64,000 nt of DNA from Pseudomonadota bacterium (GTDB lineage Bacteria > Pseudomonadota > Gammaproteobacteria > Burkholderiales > Burkholderiaceae_D): contig JBDKLM010000044.1 in the NCBI GenBank assembly GCA_039806005.1, positions 45,275-109,274 of the forward strand, read 5' to 3'. The position numbers and the translations under genes were made by a program. Below the pieces are notes generated by a model that did no database searches, was not told the origin of the DNA, and saw nothing but the letters and a program-made list of their open reading frames with translations. The first letter of the stretch is position 1. Every line of letters starts with the position of its first letter. Below are positions 43,524-54,516 of the stretch, one piece after another.

Positions 43524-43853
43524 ATGCCGATTTATGCCTATCGCTGCGAAGCATGTGGCTTCGCCAAAGATGTACTGCAAAGCGTTTCTGCTGCGCCGCT
43601 GACGGATTGCGAATCCTGCGGCAAACCCGAATTTCGCAAGCAAGTGACTGCAGCCGGCTTCCAGCTCAAGGGTAGCGGCTGGTATGTAACCGATTTCCGT
43701 AACGGGAGCGCCCCGGCCGCCAGCAGCAATTCAGACGCCAGTACCCCTGGAACGACTGCGCCAGCCACCTCGAGCACTCCAGCTGCACCCGCTGCATCGG
43801 CGGCCACACCGGCACCCGCCGCCAGTTCAACGGCAACGCCAGCGGCGAGCTAA
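43524..43853 (+). CDS. FmdB family zinc-ribbon protein
   Basis: MPIYAYRCEACG, CESCG, FQLKGSGWYVTDF; Ala/Pro/Ser/Thr tail. Confidence 0.9.
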   Translation: MPIYAYRCEACGFAKDVLQSVSAAPLTDCESCGKPEFRKQVTAAGFQLKGSGWYVTDFRNGSAPAASSNSDASTPGTTAPATSSTPAAPAASAATPAPAASSTATPAAS

Positions 43854-43864
43854 TTCAATCATTC

Positions 43865-44515
43865 ATGCGTAAATACTTCATCACAGGTCTGCTGGTTCTT
43901 GTGCCTTTGGCGATCACGCTGTGGGTGCTCAATCTCATCATCGGCACGCTGGATCAGTCCCTGCTGCTGCTGCCGCCGCAGTGGCGTCCCGAGCTGCTGC
44001 TCGGTTTCCATGTGCCCGGGGTGGGCACGATACTGACGCTGGTGATCATTTTCATCACGGGTCTGATCACGCGTAATTTCATCGGCAACCGGTTGCTGAT
44101 GATGTGGGAATTGATCTTGCAGCGTATTCCCGTGGTCAGTTCGATCTACTCCAGCGTCAAACAGGTCTCCGATACTCTCTTCTCTTCTTCGGGCAATGCA
44201 TTTCGCAAGGCACTGCTCGTGCAATATCCGCGCGAAGGTATCTGGACGATTGCCTTTCAGACCGGGGTACCCGGCGGCGACGTCAAGAACCACCTGAAGG
44301 GCGATTATGTGAGTGTCTACGTACCGACCACGCCCAATCCGACCTCCGGATTTTTTCTGATGCTCAAGCGTGAAGAAACCATCGAACTCGACATGAGCGT
44401 GGATGAAGCGCTCAAGTACATCGTCTCCATGGGCGTCGTCGCACCTCCGGCGCCCGGCGGCAAACCTGTGCAGGCAATGCACGCCAGCGCCGCTCCTGAA
44501 GCAAGCAATCACTAA
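43865..44515 (+). CDS. DUF502 family membrane protein
   Basis: YFITGLLVLVP and YVPTTPNPTSG. Confidence 0.9.
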   Translation: MRKYFITGLLVLVPLAITLWVLNLIIGTLDQSLLLLPPQWRPELLLGFHVPGVGTILTLVIIFITGLITRNFIGNRLLMMWELILQRIPVVSSIYSSVKQVSDTLFSSSGNAFRKALLVQYPREGIWTIAFQTGVPGGDVKNHLKGDYVSVYVPTTPNPTSGFFLMLKREETIELDMSVDEALKYIVSMGVVAPPAPGGKPVQAMHASAAPEASNH

Positions 44516-44554
44516 TCCATTTACTGAAACACGATAGAAGCGAGACTGAACAAG

Positions 44555-46372
44555 ATGTCAATGCGAACACACTATTGCGGCCTGACTACCGAGGCGCTGA
44601 TGGGTCAGACGGTCAGTCTGTGCGGCTGGGTCCATCGTCGTCGCGACCACGGCGGCGTCATCTTCATTGATCTGCGCGATCGCGAAGGCCTGGTGCAGGT
44701 CGTTTGCGATCCTGATCGTGCCGACATGTTCAAGGCTGCCGAGTCGGTGCGTAACGAATTCTGCTTGCGCATCACGGGCTTGGTGCGTGCACGTCCCGAA
44801 GGCACCGACAATGCCAATCTCAATTCCGGCAAGATCGAAGTGCTGTGTCACGAACTCGAAGTGCTCAATCCCTCGGTCACGCCGCCGTTCCAGCTCGACG
44901 ACGACAATCTGTCCGAGACAACGCGTTTAACGCATCGCGTGCTGGACCTGCGTCGTCCGCAAATGCAGCACAACCTGCGTTTGCGTTACAAGGTGACGAT
45001 GGAAGTGCGCAAATTTCTGGATGAGCATGGTTTCATCGACATCGAAACACCAATGCTCACCAAATCCACGCCTGAAGGTGCGCGCGATTATCTCGTGCCC
45101 TCGCGCGTGAATGCGGGTCATTTCTTCGCGCTTCCCCAATCGCCACAATTGTTCAAGCAGTTGCTGATGGTGTCGAACTTCGACCGCTACTATCAGATCA
45201 CCAAATGCTTCCGCGACGAAGATCTGCGTGCCGATCGTCAGCCTGAATTCACCCAGATCGATTGCGAAACCTCCTTCATGAGCGAGCAGGAAATCCGTGA
45301 TCTGTTCGAAGGCATGATTCGCAAGACTTTCAAGAACACGCTCGATGTCGATTTGCCCGACCCATTCCCGGTGATGGATTTTGCGACGGCAATGGCGAAA
45401 TACGGTTCCGACAAGCCCGACATGCGCGTCAAACTCGAATTCACCGAATTGACCGGCGTGATGAAAGATGTGGACTTCAAGGTCTTCTCGGGCGCAGCCA
45501 ACATGGAAGGTGGTCGCGTGGTTGGTTTGCGCGTGCCAGGTGGCGCCAACGAAAACGGCGGCATGCCCCGCTCCGAAATCGACGCCTATACGCAATTCGT
45601 TGCCATCTATGGCGCCAAAGGTCTTGCGTACATCAAGGTCAATGAAAAAGCCAAGGGCCGCGATGGTCTGCAGTCACCGATTGTCAAAAACATTCACGAT
45701 GCTGCGCTCGCTCAGATTCTGGAGCGCACGGGCGCACAAGATGGCGATCTGATTTTCTTCGGCGCGGACAAAGCCAAAATCGTCAACGACGCCATTGGTG
45801 CTTTGCGCGTCAAGATTGGTCACAGTGATTTTGGCCGCAAAAATGGCTTGTTCGAAGATACCTGGCGCCCGCTGTGGGTCGTCGATTTTCCCATGTTCGA
45901 ATTTGACGAAGAAGCCAATCGCTGGAATGCGCTGCACCATCCCTTCACGGCGCCGAAAGCAGGTCATGAAGATTTCATCAGCACGGATCCAGGCAAGGCC
46001 ATCGCGCAAGCTTATGACATGGTTTTGAATGGCTGGGAACTGGGTGGTGGTTCAGTGCGCATTCACAGAGCGGATGTTCAGAGCAAGGTGTTTACTGCGC
46101 TGAATATCGGCGAAGAAGAAGCGCGACTGAAATTCGGCTTCCTGCTCGATGCGCTTCAGTACGGTGCACCACCGCACGGCGGTCTGGCATTTGGCCTTGA
46201 TCGTATCGTTACGATGATGACGGGTGCTGAATCCATTCGCGATGTGATTGCATTCCCCAAGACACAGCGCGCGCAGTGTCTGCTTACGCAGGCGCCGAGC
46301 GAGGTCGATGAAAAGCAATTGCGCGAGCTGCATATTCGTTTGCGCGCTACCGAGCCTGCAGTCAAGAGCTGA
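44555..46372 (+). CDS. aspS: Aspartate--tRNA ligase (likely non-discriminating Asp/Asn)
   Basis: [16 protein letters not shown] (His at the discriminating/ND position), [14 protein letters not shown] and GLDR. Confidence 0.97.
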   Translation: MSMRTHYCGLTTEALMGQTVSLCGWVHRRRDHGGVIFIDLRDREGLVQVVCDPDRADMFKAAESVRNEFCLRITGLVRARPEGTDNANLNSGKIEVLCHELEVLNPSVTPPFQLDDDNLSETTRLTHRVLDLRRPQMQHNLRLRYKVTMEVRKFLDEHGFIDIETPMLTKSTPEGARDYLVPSRVNAGHFFALPQSPQLFKQLLMVSNFDRYYQITKCFRDEDLRADRQPEFTQIDCETSFMSEQEIRDLFEGMIRKTFKNTLDVDLPDPFPVMDFATAMAKYGSDKPDMRVKLEFTELTGVMKDVDFKVFSGAANMEGGRVVGLRVPGGANENGGMPRSEIDAYTQFVAIYGAKGLAYIKVNEKAKGRDGLQSPIVKNIHDAALAQILERTGAQDGDLIFFGADKAKIVNDAIGALRVKIGHSDFGRKNGLFEDTWRPLWVVDFPMFEFDEEANRWNALHHPFTAPKAGHEDFISTDPGKAIAQAYDMVLNGWELGGGSVRIHRADVQSKVFTALNIGEEEARLKFGFLLDALQYGAPPHGGLAFGLDRIVTMMTGAESIRDVIAFPKTQRAQCLLTQAPSEVDEKQLRELHIRLRATEPAVKS

Positions 46373-46588
46373 CACTCAACTCAATTCATTCACGATGGCC
46401 GGCGGATCAGGTCCCCGGCCAACTCCACCGCTGCGTGGAGGAGTTTTCGGGCCAGTGCAGGCAGCCAAGCTTGCGTCTTGGGTTCAGTCAGTCGAGTTCA
46501 TCAGTCATTCGCTTTTGTTCCCTCCTTTCGCAGCGATAGGGATGCAAACCGGGCATAATAAGTGCGAGATCTGAAGCGTTGCGCACTT

Positions 46589-47047
46589 ATGCCTGCTCAC
46601 AAAATTCCTGAATCCGTCCTGGTCGTCATTCACACTGCCGAACTGCAGGTCCTTTTGCTTGAGCGTGCGGACAAGCCCGGCTTCTGGCAATCCGTTACGG
46701 GTTCCAAAGATGCGATTGATGAACTGTTGATCACCACGGCCATTCGCGAGGTCCATGAGGAAACGGGTATTTCCATCGGAAGCGAGCCTGTCCCGCACAA
46801 AAACCTTCGCGACTGGAAACTTTCCAATATCTACGAGATCTATCCCGTCTGGCGTCATCGTTATGCCGAGGGCGTCACGCACAATACCGAGCATGTATTT
46901 GGCTTGCTGGTGCCGCCTGATATTCCCGTGCAGTTGGCGGAACGTGAACATCTGCAGTATCGCTGGCTGTCTTGGCGCGAAGCTGCAGATCAGTGTTTTT
47001 CACCATCCAATGCCGAAGCGATTCTGCAGCTGCCACAACATCTGTAA
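46589..47047 (+). CDS. nudB: Dihydroneopterin triphosphate diphosphatase
   Basis: KIPESVLV, WQSVTGS and Nudix AIREVHEETG; follows aspS. Confidence 0.92.
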   Translation: MPAHKIPESVLVVIHTAELQVLLLERADKPGFWQSVTGSKDAIDELLITTAIREVHEETGISIGSEPVPHKNLRDWKLSNIYEIYPVWRHRYAEGVTHNTEHVFGLLVPPDIPVQLAEREHLQYRWLSWREAADQCFSPSNAEAILQLPQHL

Positions 47048-47071
47048 GCCTGTCTTCTGAACCCGCTCGGA

Positions 47072-47932
47072 ATGAAACTTCGCATCGCTACCTGGAATAT
47101 TCACAAAGGTGTCAGCACGGTGGGTACCCGGCCGCGAGTGCATGGCATCAAGCAGGCTATCACCGCCATGACGCCAGACATCTTGTTTTTGCAGGAAGTG
47201 CAAGGTCGGCATGACTTGCTTGCGCTTCGACATGCCGGCAAATGGCCGGCACAGGCGCAGCATGAATTTCTGGCGGGTGATACCCATCATGTGGCATATG
47301 GCATGAATGCCGTCTACGATCATGGCCATCACGGCAATGCATTACTGTCGCGCTTTCCGATTGAATCATCTTTCAATCATGATGTGTCCGATCATGCATT
47401 TGAGTCGCGCGGTATTTTGCATTGCGTACTGCCGATTGCTGAAGTCAGCCTCCATTGCTATGTGGTGCACCTGGGGCTGTTTTCAGGCAGTCGCTTGCGT
47501 CAGACAGCCGCATTAATCGAGGCAGTCTCTTCGACGGCGCCTGCCGATTCACCTCTGCTGATTGCAGGTGATTTTAATGACTGGACCAATTCACTGAGCA
47601 AGACCCTCAGTGATCGGCTTCATGTCAGGGAAGTTTTCGATCAGCGTTTGTCTTCGCGCAGCTTTGGCAGCTACTTGCGCCGACTCTCGGGACGTGGCCC
47701 CAAAAAAGCGCCTGCGCGTACCTTCCCGGCTGCGATGCCAGTGCTGCAGCTCGACCGTATTTATGTGCGCGGCTTTGATATTCATAGTGCGCAAGTTTTG
47801 TACGGTGCCAGCTGGGCACGGCTTTCCGATCATGCGCCTTTGGTAGCCGAGCTGAGTCTGCAAAAATTAACATCGACGGCGCACACGCAACCCGCAAGCC
47901 AGGAAAAACAGCATGTCAGTCGCGAGCTATAG
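47072..47932 (+). CDS. Endonuclease/exonuclease/phosphatase family protein (YbhP-like)
   Basis: TWNIHKG, LQEV, GDFNDW and SDHAPL. Confidence 0.9.
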   Translation: MKLRIATWNIHKGVSTVGTRPRVHGIKQAITAMTPDILFLQEVQGRHDLLALRHAGKWPAQAQHEFLAGDTHHVAYGMNAVYDHGHHGNALLSRFPIESSFNHDVSDHAFESRGILHCVLPIAEVSLHCYVVHLGLFSGSRLRQTAALIEAVSSTAPADSPLLIAGDFNDWTNSLSKTLSDRLHVREVFDQRLSSRSFGSYLRRLSGRGPKKAPARTFPAAMPVLQLDRIYVRGFDIHSAQVLYGASWARLSDHAPLVAELSLQKLTSTAHTQPASQEKQHVSREL

Positions 47933-49079
47933 CCGCAGCAATCACTTATCGCTGCTGCATCGTGGTGCAGAATTTTTCCCGGCGCTGATCCATGCAATTG
48001 ATGCAGCGGATGCCGAGATTTATCTCGAAACTTATATCTTCGCGATCGACGAAACTGCCAATCAGATCAAGCACGCTTTGATACGTGCCGCTAACAAAGG
48101 TGTGGCGGTTCATGTGTTGGTTGATTGGCTGGGCACAGGTAAGTCGAATGTAGCCGCATTGATGGCTGAATTCGAAGGGCAGGGAGTTCGCTTCGTCGCG
48201 TTCAATCCCTGGTTTCGGCGAGGTGTTGCGCGAACTCACAGAAAAATAGTCGTCATTGATCAGCGCCTCGCTTTTCTGGGTGGCTTGAATATTAACGACG
48301 ATCTGATTGCCGACGACGACAGTGGTGATCACTTGCCCGCCCCTCGCTGGGATTTTGCCGTCAGTATCATCGGCCCTTTGGTCGATAATATTCATGCAGA
48401 AGTGATTGCTCAATGGGAGCGGCAATCTTCGCAAACACTGCGTCGCCGATTTGGCCATTTACGCCAATGGTATGCATCTCGTGTCAGATTGCAATGGCAA
48501 GTGGCCGAGGCTGCCCTCGTTGTGCGAGACAACCTTCGCAATCGATCTGCTATAGAGCGTCAGCTGTTGCAAGCGCTGGGCCAAGCACACCACAGTGCCG
48601 TACTGGTGACGCCCTACTTCGCACCAGGACGAAAACTGCGTCGAGCAATGATGCATGCTGCATCACGCGGCGTTGACATTACCTTATTGATTGGTGTTGG
48701 TCAGTTTTTCATGCAGGACGCGGTAGCGCAGTCGTTTTATCCCCGTTTCATTCGAGCCGGCATCCATATAGTGGAATATCGGGCGACGCAATTGCACGGT
48801 AAGGCAGCGGTGGTCGATGATGCATGGGCCACGCTGGGATCCAGCAATTTTGACGGCTTGTCGCTATTCGTTAATCATGAAGCCAATATTATCGTTCGCG
48901 ATGCCAATTTTTCCATGGCGCTGCGCGATATCATCGCACGTGGCGTCGCTGAAGGAAGCGTTGTCACTGCCGAAGATGTCGCACAATTCTCATGGCTGCG
49001 ACGTACAGGAAATCGTTTGGCCTATCTGTTATACCGCGCAGTGCTGAAAATTATCACGGCGGGTCGATACACGAAATAA
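47913..49079 (+). CDS. clsB: Cardiolipin synthase ClsB-like phospholipase D
   Basis: Two HKD motifs: HRKIVVID and HGKAAVVD. Confidence 0.88.
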   Translation: MSVASYSRSNHLSLLHRGAEFFPALIHAIDAADAEIYLETYIFAIDETANQIKHALIRAANKGVAVHVLVDWLGTGKSNVAALMAEFEGQGVRFVAFNPWFRRGVARTHRKIVVIDQRLAFLGGLNINDDLIADDDSGDHLPAPRWDFAVSIIGPLVDNIHAEVIAQWERQSSQTLRRRFGHLRQWYASRVRLQWQVAEAALVVRDNLRNRSAIERQLLQALGQAHHSAVLVTPYFAPGRKLRRAMMHAASRGVDITLLIGVGQFFMQDAVAQSFYPRFIRAGIHIVEYRATQLHGKAAVVDDAWATLGSSNFDGLSLFVNHEANIIVRDANFSMALRDIIARGVAEGSVVTAEDVAQFSWLRRTGNRLAYLLYRAVLKIITAGRYTK

Positions 49080-49119
49080 GTAGCAGCATACGCTGCTCGA
49101 AAATCTCTACAATGCCGCC

Positions 49120-49497
49120 ATGGACGAACCTATCCGAATCGATAAATGGCTGTGGGCAGCGCGCTTTTTCAAGACACGCTCCTTGGCATCGGACGCGGTT
49201 GAGCGCGGACGAGTGCGATTGAATGGCGATCGATGCAAACCTGCGCGCAATATTCGTCCCGGTGACTTGCTTGATATCGACAATGGCAGCACCGAATGGC
49301 AGGTGCGGGTGATTGCCTTGTCCGGACAGCGCGGGCCTGCCCCGGTGGCGCAGGCCCTCTACGAAGAAACCGAAGACAGTCTCCGTCAGCGCGAACAGCG
49401 CGCCGAGCAGCGCAAAGTCTTCAGCGAACCCGGCGAGGCCATACGCGGTCGCCCGACCAAGCGTGACCGCCGCATGATTGACCGTTCACGCGGCTAA
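49120..49497 (+). CDS. hslR: S4-domain ribosome-associated heat shock protein Hsp15
   Basis: RIDKWLWAARFFKTRSLA and GRPTKRDRR. Confidence 0.92.
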   Translation: MDEPIRIDKWLWAARFFKTRSLASDAVERGRVRLNGDRCKPARNIRPGDLLDIDNGSTEWQVRVIALSGQRGPAPVAQALYEETEDSLRQREQRAEQRKVFSEPGEAIRGRPTKRDRRMIDRSRG

Positions 49498-49547
49498 GGG
49501 TCTCTTTCGACCGGCCGCACAGGCGCTCGGTGGACATTTCAGTGCAT

Positions 49548-49567
49548 AATAGGACGGTCGTTCTATT
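49548..49567. promoter_or_regulatory. Palindromic TetR (FadP-like) operator overlapping the -10 box of the tetR-fad operon
   Basis: AATAGGACGGTCGTTCTATT imperfect palindrome overlapping CATAAT (49545-49550). Confidence 0.7.
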
Positions 49568-49587
49568 GTGTTGTCCGGAGTCCTCCC

Positions 49588-50202
49588 ATGACTGAAGTTC
49601 TTCAAAAACCCCTGCGTAAAGGCGAGCAAACCCGGGCAAGCATTCTGGATGTGGCGCTCGACCTCGCCAGCCGCGAGGGTCTCGAAGGTCTGACCATTGG
49701 TGTACTGGCCGAGCGCATGAGCATGAGCAAATCCGGCGTCTTTGCGCACTTTGGTTCGCGCGAGGATTTGCAGATTGATGTGCTCAAGCTCTATCACCAG
49801 CAATTCGAACAAGAAGTTTTTTATCCCAGCCTGCGCGAGCCACGTGGACTGCCGCGTCTGCAAAGCTTGTTCAGCCGATGGATCGCGCGCGTCAGTCTCG
49901 AAATCGCTTCCGGATGCATCTACATCAGTGGGGCGGTCGAATATGATGACCGACCCGGACCGATACGCGAGCATTTGGTGACCATGGTTCGTACCTGGCA
50001 ACTGGCGCTGCAACGCGCAGCGCAACAAGCCGTCGATGAGCAGCATCTGGCACCAGACACCGACACCCATCAGCTGGTCTTCGAAATGTATGGACTCGTT
50101 CTCGCTCTTCATCATGATGCGCGCTTCATTCGCAGCCCGGGCTGTGTCGATCGCGCGCATGCAGGCTTTGCTCGCCTGATTGATTCGGTCAAAGTCTCGT
50201 GA
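49588..50202 (+). CDS. TetR/AcrR family regulator of fatty-acid degradation (FadP-like)
   Basis: HTH GLTIGVLAERMSMSKSGVFAHFGS; heads the beta-oxidation operon. Confidence 0.9.
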   Translation: MTEVLQKPLRKGEQTRASILDVALDLASREGLEGLTIGVLAERMSMSKSGVFAHFGSREDLQIDVLKLYHQQFEQEVFYPSLREPRGLPRLQSLFSRWIARVSLEIASGCIYISGAVEYDDRPGPIREHLVTMVRTWQLALQRAAQQAVDEQHLAPDTDTHQLVFEMYGLVLALHHDARFIRSPGCVDRAHAGFARLIDSVKVS

Positions 50203-50325
50203 GCAGCGTCTTGCGAGACAGAGTTTGATTCACCGACGATCGATTGTTGTGTAAAAAAACATCCTAATCTTCACTGAAAAAAGTTAGCCTCATCGCCACC
50301 GCGTATTTCATCTCAGGAGATCTCC

Positions 50326-52116
50326 ATGCCCAGTTACCGCGCACCCCTGCGTGACATGCAGTTTGTATTGCATGAATTGCTTGAGATTGATACGGCCCTC
50401 GCGGCCTTGCCAGCGCATGCAGGTCTTGATGCCGCCACGGTCAATCAGGTGCTGGAAGAGGGTGGCAAATTTGCGGCTGAAGTCATTTTTCCTCTCAATC
50501 ACCGTGGTGACCGCGAAGGCTGTCACTTCAATGCAGAAACGCATACCGTGACCACGCCCCAGGGATTTGCCGATGCTTACCGCCGCTATGTGGATGCGGG
50601 TTGGCCGTCACTGTCCTGCGATCCCGAATTCGGCGGGCAAGGTCTGCCTGTGGTCCTCAATAACGCCCTGTATGAAATGCTCAACTCGGCCAATCAGGCC
50701 TGGACCATGTATCCGGGGCTGTCACATGGGGCGTATGAGTGTTTGCATGCCCACGGTACACCGGAGCAGCAAGCGCTGTATCTCCCCAAGCTCGTCTCGG
50801 GCGAATGGACGGGCACCATGTGCCTGACCGAAGCGCACTGCGGCACGGATCTCGGTTTGCTCAAAACCCGTGCCCTACCTGAGGCTGACGGCAGCTATCG
50901 CCTCACGGGCAGCAAGATTTTCATCTCGGCTGGCGAGCATGATCTGGCAGCCAATATCGTGCATCTGGTGCTGGCGCGATTGCCCGATGCACCGCCAGGT
51001 ACCAAAGGGATTTCGCTGTTTGTAGTACCCAAGTTTGTACCGAACGCTCAGGGCCAGCCCGGCGAGCGCAATGCCATTACCTGTGGCGCCATCGAACACA
51101 AGATGGGCATACATGGCAATGCGACTTGCCAGATCAATCTCGATGCGGCCACCGGCTGGCTGATCGGCGAGCCACATCGAGGACTCAATGCAATGTTTGT
51201 GATGATGAATGCTGCTCGCCTCGGCGTGGGCATGCAGTCACTCGGTTTGACCGAGGTTGCGTATCAGAATGCGCGTGCCTATGCGAACGAGCGCATACAA
51301 GGTCGCAGCCTCACTGGACCAAAATCCGAATCCCAGCCAGCCGATACCATCATCGTGCATCCCGATGTGCGCCGCATGCTGCTCACCGCGCGAGCTTTTG
51401 CCGAAGGTGGACGTGCATTCACTTCGTACGTGGCCTTGATGATTGATCGCGAGCTCAATCACCCTGATGAGGATGAGCGCAAGCAAGCTGCCGACGAGGT
51501 TGCGTTGCTCACGCCCATCATCAAAGCCTTCCTCACCGACAACGCATGGATCGCGACCTCCGAAGCTTTGCAAGTCTTTGGCGGCCATGGCTACATCGCC
51601 GAATGGGGCATGGAGCAATATGTGCGAGATGCCCGCATCAACATGATCTATGAAGGCACCAACACCATACAGTCACTCGATCTGCTGGGCCGCAAAGTGC
51701 TGATGGACAACGGCGAGAAGCTGCGCGCTTTCGGTGAAAAAATCAAAGCGTTCATAGATGAGAACGGCACCGACGAAGCGATGTCTGAATTCATCACCCC
51801 CTTGGCGGATATCGGCGGTAAAGTCACCCAGCTCACCATGGAAATTGGCATGAAAGCATTTCAGAATCGTGATGAAGTCGGTGCAGCTGCCGTACCGTAT
51901 TTGCGTGTATTGGGGCATCTGGTCTTTGCGTATTTCTTTGCTCGCATGGCAAAAATCGCTCTGCAAAAATCCTCGAGCGGCGATGACTTCTATCAAGCCA
52001 AGCTGGGCGTGGCCCGGTTTTATTTCGCGCGTCTGTTGCCTGAGACAGCGATGCTGATACGACAAGCACGCTCCGGTGCTGCTCCGCTGATGGCGATGGA
52101 CGCCGAACTGTTTTGA
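50326..52116 (+). CDS. Acyl-CoA dehydrogenase
   Basis: GTMCLTEAHCG, GSKIFIS, GGHGYI and IYEGTN. Confidence 0.94.
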   Translation: MPSYRAPLRDMQFVLHELLEIDTALAALPAHAGLDAATVNQVLEEGGKFAAEVIFPLNHRGDREGCHFNAETHTVTTPQGFADAYRRYVDAGWPSLSCDPEFGGQGLPVVLNNALYEMLNSANQAWTMYPGLSHGAYECLHAHGTPEQQALYLPKLVSGEWTGTMCLTEAHCGTDLGLLKTRALPEADGSYRLTGSKIFISAGEHDLAANIVHLVLARLPDAPPGTKGISLFVVPKFVPNAQGQPGERNAITCGAIEHKMGIHGNATCQINLDAATGWLIGEPHRGLNAMFVMMNAARLGVGMQSLGLTEVAYQNARAYANERIQGRSLTGPKSESQPADTIIVHPDVRRMLLTARAFAEGGRAFTSYVALMIDRELNHPDEDERKQAADEVALLTPIIKAFLTDNAWIATSEALQVFGGHGYIAEWGMEQYVRDARINMIYEGTNTIQSLDLLGRKVLMDNGEKLRAFGEKIKAFIDENGTDEAMSEFITPLADIGGKVTQLTMEIGMKAFQNRDEVGAAAVPYLRVLGHLVFAYFFARMAKIALQKSSSGDDFYQAKLGVARFYFARLLPETAMLIRQARSGAAPLMAMDAELF

Positions 52117-52125
52117 TTGCTTGCC

Positions 52126-54516
52126 ATGTCGACTATGCCCATCAGAAAAGTTGCGATCCTCGGTGCCGGCGTCATGGGCGCGCAGATCGCCGCCCACTGT
52201 ATCAATGCACGGGTCCCGGTCATTCTTTACGATTTGCCCGGCAAACCGGATCAGCCACGCAATGCGCTGGCACAGCGCGCGGTCGATAGCCTGAAAAAAA
52301 TCAATCCTGCGCCACTGGCCGACAATGATCAGGCAGCGCTGATCGAAGTCGCTAATTTCGAAGATGACTTGTCGCGTCTGGCCGAGGTGGACTTGCTGAT
52401 CGAAGCGATTGCCGAGCGCATGGACTGGAAGCATGCGCTATATCAGAAAATCGCTGCCCATATTCCGCCTCATGCGATCTTTGCGACCAATACGTCGGGG
52501 CTGTCCATCAATGCCCTGTCGTCCGTGCTCGATGAAAACTTGCGCTCACGTTTTTGTGGCGTGCATTTTTTCAATCCACCGCGCTACATGCATTTGCTTG
52601 AACTGATCAAGACTTCGCATACCAGCGCCGAGATTCTGGATCAGCTCGAGTCATTTCTCACTACCACTCTGGGTAAAGGCGTCGTGCGGGCAATCGATAC
52701 GCCCAACTTCATTGCGAATCGCGTCGGTATTTTTGGCATGCTGGCGATCATCCGGGAAGCAGAAGCCTTCGGACTTTCCTATGACTTGGTTGATGATCTC
52801 ACCGGCACGCGTTTGGGTCGCGCCAAGTCAGGCACGTTTCGTACCGCAGATGTGGTGGGACTCGATACCCTGGGACATGTAATCGATACCATGCAGCGCA
52901 ATTTGCCGGATGATCCTTTTCATGCGCTCTATCAGAGCCCTCCGGTACTTCAGCGGTTGATCGACGAAGGCCATCTCGGTCAAAAATCCGGCGCCGGGTT
53001 TTATAAAAAAGCAGGCAAGGACATTTTGCGACTGGACGCCAGTCGGTACGACTACGTTCCCTCTGGCGCAAAGGCTGACGATCTGATCGTTCGCATGCTC
53101 AAGGAAAAAGACCCGACGAAACGAATCAAAGCCTTGCATGATGCAAGCCATCCTCAAGCAAAATTTTTATGGGCGATTCTTCGCGATGCATTTCATTACA
53201 TCGCGGTGCATTTGCATGCGATTGCCGATAATGCGCGTGATGTTGATTTCGCTCTGCGCTGGGGCTTTGGCTGGCAACAAGGGCCCTTTGAACTCTGGCA
53301 GTCTGCGGGCTGGCAGCAGGTTGCGCAGTGGGTCAAAGAAGATATCGATGCCGGACGCGCATTATCCTCAGCGCCCTTGCCTGATTGGGTGTTTGACGGG
53401 CGCGAGGGAGTCCATCGTCCTGAAGGTTCCTGGTCGGCTTCAAAGCAGACCTATGTGCCGCGCTCGCAGTTACCTGTCTATGTGCGTCAGGAGTTTCGCG
53501 CATCCGTGGTTGGGGATGATCACATCAACCCGGCAGCAGCCGGTACCACAGTGCATGAAGATGCCTCGGTTCGGCTTTGGCATATCAATCCTGACGTATT
53601 GATGTTGTCTTTCAAGACCAAGCTGCATGTGATGGGGCCTGAAGTCATCGCCGGTATCGAGCGCGCTGTGTCTGAGGCTGAAAAGAATTATCGTGCTCTC
53701 GTGATCTGGCAAACCGATGTATCCGAAGGTGGCGCATTCTCAGCGGGTGCAGATTTGCAAGCGATGCTGCCGGTATTCATGATGGGGGGTGTGAAGGCCA
53801 TCGAGCCTGTCGTCGCCAATTTTCAGCGTGCGCAGATGCGCATCAAATACGCCGGCGTGCCTGTGGTCGCTGCCGTGGGTGGCCTGGCACTTGGCGGCGG
53901 CTGCGAGTTGATGATGCACGCCAGCCGACGTGTTGCTTTGCTGGAGTCCTACGCCGGATTGGTGGAGGTGGGTGTCGGGCTCTTGCCGGCGGGCGGTGGC
54001 CTGAAAGAAATCGCACTGCGTGCTGCACAAGATGCGAAGGGAAATGAAATCCTGCCCTTCCTCAAAGATCGTTTCACGCATGCGGCCACTGCAGCCGTCG
54101 CCAAGTCAGCGCATGAGGCACGGCGCATGGGATATCTGCAGTTCGATGATGTGATTGTTCTGCACTCGCATGAGCTATTGCATGTCGCGATAACGCAGGC
54201 GCTCGCGCTGACTGATGCAGCCTATCGCCCGCCGCTGCCCGCGCTGATCCCGGTGACGGGTCGCTATGGCATTGCCACCATCCGTGCACAGCTCGTCAAT
54301 ATGCGCGAAGGCGGTTTCATCTCTGCGCATGACGAGCACATTGCGACACTGATTGCCGATGTGGTGTGCGGTGGTGACGTCGAGCCTGGCAGCCTGGTCA
54401 GTGAGCAATGGCTGTTGGACAAGGAGCGCGCAGCATTCATGTCCTTGCTCGCGCACCCCAAAACGCAGGAGCGGATCATGGGTATGCTGCAGACAGGTAA
54501 GCCGGTGAGAAATTAA
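52126..54516 (+). CDS. 3-hydroxyacyl-CoA dehydrogenase / enoyl-CoA hydratase fusion (FadN type)
   Basis: N-terminal GAGVMG Rossmann motif, HFFNPP; C-terminal crotonase LGGGCE and GLVEVGVG. Confidence 0.92.
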   Translation: MSTMPIRKVAILGAGVMGAQIAAHCINARVPVILYDLPGKPDQPRNALAQRAVDSLKKINPAPLADNDQAALIEVANFEDDLSRLAEVDLLIEAIAERMDWKHALYQKIAAHIPPHAIFATNTSGLSINALSSVLDENLRSRFCGVHFFNPPRYMHLLELIKTSHTSAEILDQLESFLTTTLGKGVVRAIDTPNFIANRVGIFGMLAIIREAEAFGLSYDLVDDLTGTRLGRAKSGTFRTADVVGLDTLGHVIDTMQRNLPDDPFHALYQSPPVLQRLIDEGHLGQKSGAGFYKKAGKDILRLDASRYDYVPSGAKADDLIVRMLKEKDPTKRIKALHDASHPQAKFLWAILRDAFHYIAVHLHAIADNARDVDFALRWGFGWQQGPFELWQSAGWQQVAQWVKEDIDAGRALSSAPLPDWVFDGREGVHRPEGSWSASKQTYVPRSQLPVYVRQEFRASVVGDDHINPAAAGTTVHEDASVRLWHINPDVLMLSFKTKLHVMGPEVIAGIERAVSEAEKNYRALVIWQTDVSEGGAFSAGADLQAMLPVFMMGGVKAIEPVVANFQRAQMRIKYAGVPVVAAVGGLALGGGCELMMHASRRVALLESYAGLVEVGVGLLPAGGGLKEIALRAAQDAKGNEILPFLKDRFTHAATAAVAKSAHEARRMGYLQFDDVIVLHSHELLHVAITQALALTDAAYRPPLPALIPVTGRYGIATIRAQLVNMREGGFISAHDEHIATLIADVVCGGDVEPGSLVSEQWLLDKERAAFMSLLAHPKTQERIMGMLQTGKPVRN

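Noticed and set aside
46425-46510. Hammerhead ribozyme suggested by minus-strand CTGATGA and a later GAAA
   Set aside because: No stem II closes between CTGATGA and GAAA, and no stem I/III arrangement could be built.
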